A stretch of DNA of 64,000 nt from Trypanosoma brucei (Eukaryota), in the NCBI GenBank assembly GCA_000002445.1, contig CP000070.1, forward strand, positions 32,001-96,000, written 5' to 3'. A program made the translations under genes and the position numbers. Position 1 is the first letter of the stretch. The number at the start of each line of letters is the position of its first letter. Under the pieces are notes generated by a model that saw nothing but the letters and a program-made list of their open reading frames with translations, had not been told where the DNA came from and made no database searches. Positions 43,754 to 53,330 of this stretch are shown here, one piece after another.

Positions 43754-44665
43754 TTAAAAATGTGCGGCAGCACTGTGAGAAAGTGCTGCAAGAAGGATCA
43801 GTAATGTGTATCCTCCTATAGATTCTGCATAGCTGCCGTCATTACCAACTTCTGCTTCCTCACCCTCATCGTCACCCAATTCCTGCACATGATCATCGTC
43901 AGAAATTTCCACTTTTCCTTCAGGATCCTTCTTCGGCACTTCCTTAACTTTCGCTTTTTCCGTCTCTGCCGTCCTTTCGGCTTCCTCAGCTGCCTTGTGT
44001 GCGTTGCTTTCAGCTGCCCTTGCTGCAACTCTTGCTTCGCTGGCACGCCGCACAGCAGCCTCTAATTGATCATATTCCGCCCTGAGATCAGCCATACGCG
44101 TCCTCGCAGTGTTGCAGATAACTGTCATGAAAACGGCACAACCGGATTCCACAGCCTGTGTCAGTACCCAGGAACTAACTTCAAGTGGGGCATTGCAGTC
44201 TCTCGCAATTCGTCTTGCAGTACTGGCGGCACTATTGTCCTCTGCAACACTTTTCAGATAATCATCAACCAGAGCTACATTGTTGTTCGCGAGCGCTGAG
44301 GCATTGGCAGCGTATTGCTCCACATCCGACAGGGCCGTCTTGGCGGCATTCTCCGCGCTCTCTGCTTCCTTTAGGGCAGCGCGAGCGCGTCCGACGGCCT
44401 CCTCCACCTTGGGAGTACTCGAAAAGGCATCCTCCGCTCGTCTCACGGCATCTTGGCAACCTTCTCTCGCTTTAGAGGCATCCAAGACATTCGCTGCCGC
44501 CGACGTCTTGAACACTTTGACACTGTTGGGTACTCCATGCAGCGCTTCCGACATGAGACATGCCGCACTTACATGACTCACTGTGTCTTGAAACCCTTCC
44601 CCACCTTTGGGACCGGTGGTGACATACGTAAGTATAGCAAGCAAGCACAAAAAACGGGCAGTCAT
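43754..44665 (-). CDS. Ala/Glu-rich predicted GPI-anchored surface protein, array copy 4 (303 aa, subtype B; 4 aa differences from copy 3)
   Basis: Near-identical to copy 3. Differences: ILT/ILM, NVL/NVS, ART/ARA, LSH/LFH. Confidence 0.8.
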   Translation of the reverse strand: MTARFLCLLAILTYVTTGPKGGEGFQDTVSHVSAACLMSEALHGVPNSVKVFKTSAAANVLDASKAREGCQDAVRRAEDAFSSTPKVEEAVGRARAALKEAESAENAAKTALSDVEQYAANASALANNNVALVDDYLKSVAEDNSAASTARRIARDCNAPLEVSSWVLTQAVESGCAVFMTVICNTARTRMADLRAEYDQLEAAVRRASEARVAARAAESNAHKAAEEAERTAETEKAKVKEVPKKDPEGKVEISDDDHVQELGDDEGEEAEVGNDGSYAESIGGYTLLILLAALSHSAAAHF

Positions 44666-44939
44666 GATTATCCCGAATTGCTGTAGTGGTAGTTGTTAAA
44701 ATGAATGTTAAGTCTAAATGCAGGCAACAGTAGGAAAGAGTGGGTAAATGTTTGTATTAATAATTTCCCCCCTCGTGGAAAGCAGTTGTAACATGGGAGG
44801 AGGCATGGATGTTGTTCTTTTTGTGATTTTTAAAATTTTTTGTGTTCAATTTTCTGAGCATTGCTTTATTGGAAGAGATGACGGGACTTATTGCTTTTTC
44901 ACAGTTGCCGTCGCTAACGGTAGTTGCGTTTCACTATGG

Positions 44940-45612
44940 TTATTCTTTCGACTGTCCCTGTTCAGCTATAAGTTCTCGAATGGCGATTGTGCTTCCAGAT
45001 TTTATACTTGCAGTTTTTAATCGGGAGAGAACGCTTTCCAGTCGCTCGAAAGGATCATCACTAACTGCAGCCAGAATGCTTTTCAAATAACTCAAGTCGG
45101 TTACAAAATGACAGCGACTGGACGAGTGCCACCTTCCATCGGCTCACACAGATCGGTAATGTTTTGTCAGGAAAGAACTGAAGAACGGCCTTTACAGCTT
45201 CCATCAGTCCATTCATAACTACTTGAAATCGATCATACTTCATGATAGATTGCGAATCCTTTAAGAGGTCTTCCACGCGCTCTGCTTCTCGCCGTGCAAA
45301 TGATTCCAGCACCTTAGGTTGCTCGAATATGTGTGCAAGCTCAGTTTGAGTATAAAAATTAATTTGCTCTGCAATATCGTCCCGCCTACACAAACTGTTT
45401 TTAACGTTTCTTCCGTCCTCAGCACCAACACATACCTTCGGAGGAGTAGAATCAATTTTAATACTAAGCTGCCTTACTGCCTCAAAGCAGGAAATAAGCT
45501 CAACATTCCTCTCCACACACTGCAAAATGGGAGTTAAGCAAGTGGAAAGACATTCTACAACAGCGACCAAATCATGCATTAAACAAATTCCTTTCCCTCC
45601 AATAAAACTCAC
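44940..45612 (-). pseudogene. Truncated 3' fragment of the 784-aa gene with the same ~630-bp deletion as unit 3 (array unit 4)
   Basis: Same junction gttacaa|aatgacagcgactgg as unit 3. ORF 45061..45612. Confidence 0.85.
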
Positions 45613-46665
45613 ATTCGGTTAATTACACACCTGGCGCCCACAAGTCAAAATGTGCAATGCGCTAAAGATGTTGTGACTGCAGGATTGTACATCTCAAATA
45701 ATATTCTCACAAGTATTGACTCTTCCGGCAGGTTTTCCAACTGAAGGTACGAATAATCAAACGCCGTCAACTCGCAACATTTAAAAGAAAATTATTTCTC
45801 TCCTTTCTTTCAGGGACTTTGAAATTGGAGGTTCTGCACAAATCCTCAATCCTCCGGCAGGTGTAAGCTCCACTTCATTTCAGTGGTCAGATACATAACT
45901 AAATGAAAGTAAAGTATAACTAAACGACAGAGAGATTAAAGCAAAGGGGAAAACAAGCAACGACACTTACAAACAAGAAACAAGATAGTAAAATAAGTAA
46001 GTGGAAAGAAACTTAGGGAATCTAGAAGAAACATGCAGATGAAATAAAAAGAATATGGAGTCCCAAAACACATCGCAACGATAAAAACTGAATACCCCAT
46101 GACAATAAAAATGGAAACAATTGTGTGGAAGAAAACACTGACAAAATAAATAAAAATAAAATAACAATATCACTATTTGAAAAAAAAAAGAATCAAGGGC
46201 AAAACGAGTCAGATAAAATAGCAGATGGGTATAGCCGCTATTTGAACACTTTCACAATAAATCCATCAACAAACGATGGGTAAGATGCGGTGTCTCGACA
46301 ATGCAGCGTCTGCACACAGAAATCTACAGTGTCATGCGCCCACCCGAATGTTTAAAGACGCCACACCAATAGGATAGCATTTAAAAAACAATAATAACAG
46401 AAAAGATAAATATGTGGGAGACGTATGGTTCAAAAAATGAGTAAAAAGACTTTTTTGTAGCACTGGTGCGGTACGTAAAAATTTAGTATACCATTGAATT
46501 AAATAAGAATATAATAATGAAACGACCAGCGAAGAAAGCATAGGGGTGAGAAACGCCGTAAGTGGCCCCTCCCGTTGCAGTAGCGCCCTGTAAACACGTG
46601 TTTAGCTAACGCCTAACTTCGACCTGTCGACACGGTAAGAGGATTAGGGAAACAGTTGACAGCTT

Positions 46666-47658
46666 TTAAAAATGTGCGGCAGCACTGTGAAAAAGTGCTG
46701 CAAGAAGGATCAGTAATGTGTATCCTCCTATAGATTCTGCATAGCTGCCGTCATTACCAACTTCTGCTTCCTCACCCTCATCGTCACCCAATTCCTGCAC
46801 ATGATCATCGTCAGAAATTTCCACTTTTCCTTCAGGATCCTTCTTCGGCACTTCCTCAACTTCCGTTCTTCCCGTCTTTTCCTTGTCCTCTGGAACCTCC
46901 ACGTTTCCCTCAAATTCCTCCCTCGAAATCTCTTGAACATCCGCTTCTTCCGTCTCTGCCGTCCTTTCGGCTTCCTCAGCTGCCTTGCGTGCGTTGCTTT
47001 CAGCTGCCCTTGCTGCAACTCTTGCTTCGCTGGCACGCCGCACAGCAGCCTCTAATTGATCATATTCCGCCCTGAGATCAACCATACGCGTCCTCGCGAT
47101 CCTACATATTTCACCCATGAAAATAGCACATGCGGATTCCACAGCCTGTGTCAGCACCCAGGAGTTAACTCCTCTATTTGGGAGACTGCAGCCTCTCGCA
47201 ATTCGTCTTGCAGTACTGGCGGCACTATTGTCCTCTGCAACACTTTTCAGATAATCATCAATCGGAGCGGTCTTTCCGGCTGCGAGCAGTGGGGCACGGG
47301 CCGCGTATTGCTCCACATCCGACAGGGCCGTCTTGGCGGCATTCTCCGCGCTCTCTGCTTCCTTTAGGGCAGCGCGAGCGCGTCCGACGGCCTCCTCCAC
47401 CTTGGGAGTACTCGAAAAGGCATCCTCCGCTCGTCTCACGGCATCTTGGCAACCTTCTCTCGCTTTAGAGGCATCCGAGACATTCGCTGCCGCCGACGCT
47501 TTGAGGGCCTTCACACCGAAGGGTATTCCATGCAGCGCTTCTGAAAAGAGACATGCCGCACTTACATGACTCACTGTGTTTTGAGACCCTTCCTCAATTA
47601 TGGAGTCGGCGGTGACATACGTAAGTATAGCAAGCAAGCACAAAAAACGGGCAGTCAT
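46666..47658 (-). CDS. Ala/Glu-rich predicted GPI-anchored surface protein, array copy 5 (330 aa, subtype A, one 26-aa repeat). Sits immediately downstream of the intact 784-aa gene.
   Basis: Same signal peptide and GPI signal. Essentially copy 2 with one fewer 78-bp repeat. Confidence 0.8.
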   Translation of the reverse strand: MTARFLCLLAILTYVTADSIIEEGSQNTVSHVSAACLFSEALHGIPFGVKALKASAAANVSDASKAREGCQDAVRRAEDAFSSTPKVEEAVGRARAALKEAESAENAAKTALSDVEQYAARAPLLAAGKTAPIDDYLKSVAEDNSAASTARRIARGCSLPNRGVNSWVLTQAVESACAIFMGEICRIARTRMVDLRAEYDQLEAAVRRASEARVAARAAESNARKAAEEAERTAETEEADVQEISREEFEGNVEVPEDKEKTGRTEVEEVPKKDPEGKVEISDDDHVQELGDDEGEEAEVGNDGSYAESIGGYTLLILLAALFHSAAAHF

Positions 47659-47932
47659 GATTATCCCGAATTGCTGTAGTGGTAGTTGTTAAAATGAATG
47701 TTAAGTCTAAATGCAGGCAACAGTAGGAAAGAGTGGGTAAATGTTTGTATTAATAATTTCCCCCCTCGTGGAAAGCAGTTGTAACATGGGAGGAGGCATG
47801 GATGTTGTTCTTTTTGTGATTTTTAAAATTTTTTGTGTTCAATTTTCTGAGCATTGCTTTATTGGAAGAGATGACGGGACTTATTGCTTTTTCACAGTTG
47901 CCGTCGCTAACGGTAGTTGCGTTTCACTATGG

Positions 47933-50287
47933 TTATTCTTTCGACTGTCCCTGTTCAGCTATAAGTTCTCGAATGGCGATTGTGCTTCCAGATTTTATAC
48001 TTGCAGTTTTTAATCGGGAGAGAACGCTTTCCAGTCGCTCGAAAGGATCATCACTAACTGCAGCCAGAATGCTTTTCAAATAACTCAAGTCGGTTACAAG
48101 TTGTTCTACTGCAAGGGCCGCAGCATCGTCGCTATTAAGTGGGAAACACATTATAATGTTGGCCACTTTAGACTCAATAAAGTCCGATACCGCCGTGCGC
48201 ACAATATCATCTAACCAATATTCCGTTACTTCTTCGAGTAACTCTTCAATGCCGTCGAACCGTCCCTCGCTGCCACCCCGTAATGATTCGAGTGCTAATG
48301 GTATTTCCACAATGGCTTCACCAAAGCCGCGCACCATTTCACTAGGCGCAAGATGTAATGGCGTGTGTAGCACAGAATTGGAAATCACAGCGCTTCCTCC
48401 GTTACTCGACTGTAACCTCCAGAGTGGTTGCGACTCATAACCGTCAGCTGTGGCAATAACGGGAGCAATGACAGTTTGTTTTATAGCCTGCTGGCATTCA
48501 GCAGCACAAATCACCAGTACATTGTTTAGTGGCCGCCACAGCTGTTCACTTAGTTGACTATTGATAGACTCAACCTCAGTTGGACGTAGTCGGCGCACCT
48601 CCGCAGATTTGACATAGTCTTCGCACATTTTCTGCGTAGACAGAAGCAATTGTTGAACAATTTTGCGTAACGCTGAAAGGCGCTCTAACAACTCCGTCTG
48701 GTGCGTGTGAGGTGCGGGTTGAAAAAATGTCAGCGACTGGACGAGTGCCACCTTCCATCGGCTCACACAGATCGGTAATGTTTTGTCAGGAAAGAACTGA
48801 AGAACGGCCTTTACAGCTTCCATCAGTCCATTCATAACTACTTGAAATCGATCATACTTCATGATAGATTGCGAATCCTTTAAGAGGTCTTCCACGCGCT
48901 CTGCTTCTCGCCGTGCAAATGATTCCAGCACCTTAGGTTGCTCGAATATGTGTGCAAGCTCAGTTTGAGTATAAAAATTAATTTGCTCTGCAATATCGTC
49001 CCGCCTACACAAACTGTTTTTAACGTTTCTTCCGTCCTCAGCACCAACACATACCTTCGGAGGAGTAGAATCAATTTTAATACTAAGCTGCCTTACTGCC
49101 TCAAAGCAGGAAATAAGCTCAGGATTCCTCTCCACACACTGCAAAATGGGAGTTAAGCAAGTGGAAAGACATTCTACAATTTCATCTGCCATTAAACGCA
49201 AAACTTTCACGGGTTGCGACTCGGGCCCTTCAGAAATCTCCGCATTATCCGTGATATCGCGATTACCGCTGTAAACATGTGCCAACTGCATTAAATAGTC
49301 TAACTGGTCGGTGAGTGCACATCCTAAGGAAGGTATAAGTTGCGTTTTCAGCACCTCTGCCGCACGCACGGGAGAAATTGGATGCCTTGAAACTTTTGAC
49401 TCAGAGTGATGTAGCAGACAAAACACTTTTTCCTTTTCGGAGGCTATGCTCTCTGCGGAAAATTGCTGAAGAACAGCATCAGCCCTCCCAATAGTATCAA
49501 GTACCTTGAGGAGATGAGCAGCACGGTCTACTACTCTTCGGCGTAACTGTTCCATACATTCGGTCTCCACCACGCGTTGCAGGAGTTGTTCATGCCTCTC
49601 AACTGCTTCCAGCTGCTTTCCACCAAACGTTACCTCTAATTTCTGAAGGTCTGCGAGGTTTTGCCGCACCTCCCTAATAGACACCGCCACTAAGTCTATG
49701 TCCACCTCTGACACCGAAACACGAAGTTTCTCCATAATATCGTCCAATTGCTTCATATTGCTATCAACTTCCGATGCCTTCTTAAGTGTTTCAGAGCAGC
49801 GCATGAGCTTCTTCTGCGTTTTCTTCAGATCATTGAGCTGTGCAACGTATGGTTTGGAGATCATTTCTACCGCTGGTTGCGCCTCCTCTCTTATTTTGCA
49901 AAGTGCCTGTTGAAGTTGTTGAACTTCCGTAACCATACGGCCGACTTCCAGCCCAGTTCGGGGGAGCCGAACGAGCGCCTGTGTGATAGTGTCGTCAACA
50001 GAACTTGCAACCTCCTGTGAGTATGAATGCAATCTGCCGTACAAATTTGTGATGCGCCCTTCCAACTCCGCATCGGTTTCTACCCCATCAGGATTCGCCG
50101 AAGAAATACATTGCAAAGAGGTATTTATCCACTGAATAACGTCAAAGTTCTCACTTGCTAATTCATCTAACGAGAACGCGAACGACGCGGGATCAGTGGA
50201 AGGTGAAGTACCAATCGAAGGGTTTGGATTTGGTACGTCCTGCATTTTTGGGCTTAAAGAAGAAGGAAAGTTAAGGCAGCAGTGCAC
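47933..50287 (-). CDS. Intact 784-aa helical protein, tentatively conserved oligomeric Golgi complex subunit 7 (COG7)-like. Source of the fragments in the array.
   Basis: The N-terminal ENFDVIQWINTSL followed by a long coiled-coil-like region resembles the COG7 N-terminus (FDVKEWINAAF…). Length is similar to COG7 (~770 aa). The assignment is from motif recall only. Confidence 0.4.
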   Translation of the reverse strand: MHCCLNFPSSLSPKMQDVPNPNPSIGTSPSTDPASFAFSLDELASENFDVIQWINTSLQCISSANPDGVETDAELEGRITNLYGRLHSYSQEVASSVDDTITQALVRLPRTGLEVGRMVTEVQQLQQALCKIREEAQPAVEMISKPYVAQLNDLKKTQKKLMRCSETLKKASEVDSNMKQLDDIMEKLRVSVSEVDIDLVAVSIREVRQNLADLQKLEVTFGGKQLEAVERHEQLLQRVVETECMEQLRRRVVDRAAHLLKVLDTIGRADAVLQQFSAESIASEKEKVFCLLHHSESKVSRHPISPVRAAEVLKTQLIPSLGCALTDQLDYLMQLAHVYSGNRDITDNAEISEGPESQPVKVLRLMADEIVECLSTCLTPILQCVERNPELISCFEAVRQLSIKIDSTPPKVCVGAEDGRNVKNSLCRRDDIAEQINFYTQTELAHIFEQPKVLESFARREAERVEDLLKDSQSIMKYDRFQVVMNGLMEAVKAVLQFFPDKTLPICVSRWKVALVQSLTFFQPAPHTHQTELLERLSALRKIVQQLLLSTQKMCEDYVKSAEVRRLRPTEVESINSQLSEQLWRPLNNVLVICAAECQQAIKQTVIAPVIATADGYESQPLWRLQSSNGGSAVISNSVLHTPLHLAPSEMVRGFGEAIVEIPLALESLRGGSEGRFDGIEELLEEVTEYWLDDIVRTAVSDFIESKVANIIMCFPLNSDDAAALAVEQLVTDLSYLKSILAAVSDDPFERLESVLSRLKTASIKSGSTIAIRELIAEQGQSKE

Positions 50288-50553
50288 ACCAAAGATGAAG
50301 AAGCCGGTTACGAACCCGGAGAAGGCGTATCACAACTACAGAGGAAGATCAAATGTATTGGGGTTCTGTTCCATCCTTTTCGCACTGAAGTTACATTCGC
50401 TGCCAATTATAAAAAATAGAAGTTGTATAGAGGTGTTTGTCACATGGAAACATTTACCACGCGACTCAACCCCGCTCTCCTCCCACTTTTTTTTTTTTGA
50501 TCGTCCCCAGACTGAATGTCTTCGGGGCACAACACTTTGAAATACCTTTAACG

Positions 50554-52329
50554 TCAGCACATGAAAGTCTTTGCGCCCCAAGTACGCAGTGCAAACAAAA
50601 CCTTTGACTGGTTGATGTTGAAAATGGGGTTTGTAGGGCGAAGACAGTTCTTGCTCAGGTGCAACTCACTACTAACACCACTACGTTCATCTGAAGGGAG
50701 GACAATTCCATAACTGTCCCTCCGCCCAGGAATATAACCCCGTGAGACCGCAGCTGCATAAAATGAGTTCCCACTCAAGTCACGGCCGTCTCTGTTGACT
50801 TGCATGCCTTGCAGATTTTGCGCGGAGCTCATCCCTGAAAGTGAATAACAAGTGTGATAAAAATCATTGGGATAGTTCGGTTTATCCATCAACCCACCTT
50901 CTTCCCTGTTTTGGCAGCACGCCAAAATGTAAAGTTGTAGCCGCCTCTGATTGAAGTAAAAGTCGCCCGCATCGTCGTCCAAAACGTTAGGTACACCTGA
51001 TGATGACCACGACGCTGCAAGTGGTGTAGCGCTAAGGTACGCTTCCACACGGCTGGCTCGTTCCTGTTTTTCTTCCTCATGTTGGGACCATGCCTCAAAA
51101 CTCTCTGGATGTAAGTTTGAGATGTCGACCAACTGCGCGTGGTCGAGCAAAAGCATTTCCCGTGATGTTAAGCTGCGTTTCGTTTCACCACAAGTCGTTA
51201 TTTTAGCAAGGCTCTCACCAACACGCAGTAACACGTGTGATGCGCCCACCCAGTGGGCGTAGCAAGAGTCCACCAGTTTATTTGTTCTTCCGTTAAAACC
51301 ACCTTCAAAACGCAGTTGACGCGCCGCTAGCCATCCTCTCAACGCCGTATAATTGCATAACTCTGGTCTCTTCATCAAAATCAGGGCAGCTAACCCGCAT
51401 TGAGTGTAGGCCCCGTGCGCTTCGCTGGCAAACCTCCCGCACGCAAATCCGCCCTCGTGTGTCTGACACGAAGCTACGAATTGCGCCTCCTGCTCTCTCA
51501 GAATATCTCCACTACTTGCATCCACGTCCTGGAGCTGTAGTAATGTGGTAATAACCGCGACACAATATGATGCGCGAATATCCGCCTCCCCGCCTATGTG
51601 CATGCGGAAACTGCCGTCGGCACAGCGAAGTGAGAGCAACCAGCGCTTAATGGCGGAACGTGGAAGAGCCTGAAGGTATTCTGGACATTCCAGGATGCAG
51701 AGCGAGCAAACTCCCGCGTACGATGTAGCCAAATGCGGAATCTGTCCATAGTTTCCCCCGGAGAACCCAATAGCACACGTATGATCAGCATCGCACCGAC
51801 GGAGAAAATCATACACATTGCCACATTGCTGAGGCATGCTTCCCTTTCCGTGCTTTCCCCCTTCTTCACTTCCCCAACAACCCTTCTGCTCATCTTCAAC
51901 AGGTTGTTCCTGCAAGCAGCTGAGTATGAACTCCCCTAATGCGTCTTGAGATATCTGCTCATACAATTTCTCTGTGATTCCGAGCATCTCAGCAGCCTGC
52001 AACGTCCAGTAAACCATCCACGGCTGCGCGTTGTACAGCCGTTGCGCATACTCAGGAAGCTTTACCAACCGACTCTTCAGGTACTTTTCGTGGCTCTCTC
52101 GGTTGAGAGAATGTACAATCCCCTCCTCGTTGTCTATAGTACACATTTCCTCTTCTTTCTCATTGGAATCGGCATGCAAATAGATGTTAGAGTGCGTACC
52201 CCAAAGATCGCAGACCTCCGGCCGGTATTTCTCTAAAAAACGTAAGAGAGTGAGCTCAACTTCCCGTTGAGCGTGAGTGGTGGATGATGCTGGAGGTGGT
52301 ACAAAAGACATTACTATGTATCGTTGCAC
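50554..52329 (-). CDS. Protein farnesyltransferase beta subunit (with trypanosomatid-type insertions)
   Basis: Prenyltransferase alpha-alpha toroid repeats. GGFNGRTNKLVDSCYAHWVGAS aligns with the FTase-beta zinc-ligand block (GGFQGRCNKLVDGCYSFWQAG; Asp and Cys ligands conserved). 591 aa, larger than mammalian FTase beta, as known for kinetoplastid FTase. Confidence 0.85.
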   Translation of the reverse strand: MQRYIVMSFVPPPASSTTHAQREVELTLLRFLEKYRPEVCDLWGTHSNIYLHADSNEKEEEMCTIDNEEGIVHSLNRESHEKYLKSRLVKLPEYAQRLYNAQPWMVYWTLQAAEMLGITEKLYEQISQDALGEFILSCLQEQPVEDEQKGCWGSEEGGKHGKGSMPQQCGNVYDFLRRCDADHTCAIGFSGGNYGQIPHLATSYAGVCSLCILECPEYLQALPRSAIKRWLLSLRCADGSFRMHIGGEADIRASYCVAVITTLLQLQDVDASSGDILREQEAQFVASCQTHEGGFACGRFASEAHGAYTQCGLAALILMKRPELCNYTALRGWLAARQLRFEGGFNGRTNKLVDSCYAHWVGASHVLLRVGESLAKITTCGETKRSLTSREMLLLDHAQLVDISNLHPESFEAWSQHEEEKQERASRVEAYLSATPLAASWSSSGVPNVLDDDAGDFYFNQRRLQLYILACCQNREEGGLMDKPNYPNDFYHTCYSLSGMSSAQNLQGMQVNRDGRDLSGNSFYAAAVSRGYIPGRRDSYGIVLPSDERSGVSSELHLSKNCLRPTNPIFNINQSKVLFALRTWGAKTFMC

Positions 52330-53330
52330 TCCAGTGGAATGCGACAGCCTGCCGGCTTAACGTACTGAAACCAACTACAACTCGAGGTTCTTAAGCTCAA
52401 AGGAATATGAATGAAGGATATTTTTCCGTGCAGTAAAATAATAGTGACGGCTCAGTTACGAAACTCCAGGGTTTGGTTGAACACTAGGCAGAGAAACACT
52501 CCAAATTAAATACAACCAATGCAACTCCACGGGTAAGCGAAAGGGTCAAACTAAGTTTTACGTGTCTCTCTCCCCTGATATATAAACATAGTTTTATATA
52601 TAACTAATAAGGGAGAGCAACCATCATTTCAATCGGTTTCGTCATGTTCTCCCCTTCCCAACTTCCAAAAGAACAGCGTATTCACCACACAGCTAATCAC
52701 TTACCCTAGAAGCACAAAGTTCAATACGCCGAGCAAAGTTAAGGCGTCATGGGGAAGGCGCAGGAAGCAAAAAAAAAAAAGCAACCTATGATAGGAAATA
52801 CTTAATGTGCACCTTCAGAATAAACGCATTGAGATTCTTCCTGAACAAAACGGTTACTAAATAATGACTTTCACTCCACAGAGGAAATCGGTGAAAGGCG
52901 CATAATTGGGGAGAAATAAACACAACCCCTCCCCCTAAATTACACGCACACAGCAAATGTAGCAATTGGACTGATGGCGTCTCCTTCCTTTTGCCCTCTT
53001 AGCCCTCTTGAACGCCAGTTCTCCCATACCTCATCTCCTGCAACCTAGTATTTATTTTCCACACAACGGCACATTAAAAGAACATTTAAAAGATATCCAT
53101 GCAGAACCGCAAATACGTTACTCGTCACCTTATTTTAAACAGCGGGTCATCCGACAAAACAGAAACGCCGGGGAAGGTTTATGCACAAAGTGGACGACAC
53201 CGCTTCCACTTACGTTTTTTTTTCTTCGCTTTTCTTTTTCTCTGCCCTGCTATCGTATCCCATCCCTCCTCTCATTACACTGAAGTTGTTTTGTTATTTC
53301 ATATCATTGTAACATTCCTGACGCATTTAC

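Larger units (their letters stand above)
32826..49180 (-). repeat. Tandem array of 5 units (3156, 3704, 2915, 2921 and 3620 bp). Each unit = a 3' fragment of the 784-aa gene + ~275-400 bp spacer + surface-protein gene + ~1.1 kb A-rich (plus-strand) spacer.
   Basis: Unit junction gtggaaagacattctacaa|cagcgaccaaatcatgcattaaacaa recurs at 32845 (left edge, junction half only), 36001, 39705, 42620 and 45541. The left half of the junction is internal sequence of the intact gene (49161-49179). Large blocks are >95% identical by eye. Confidence 0.9.
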
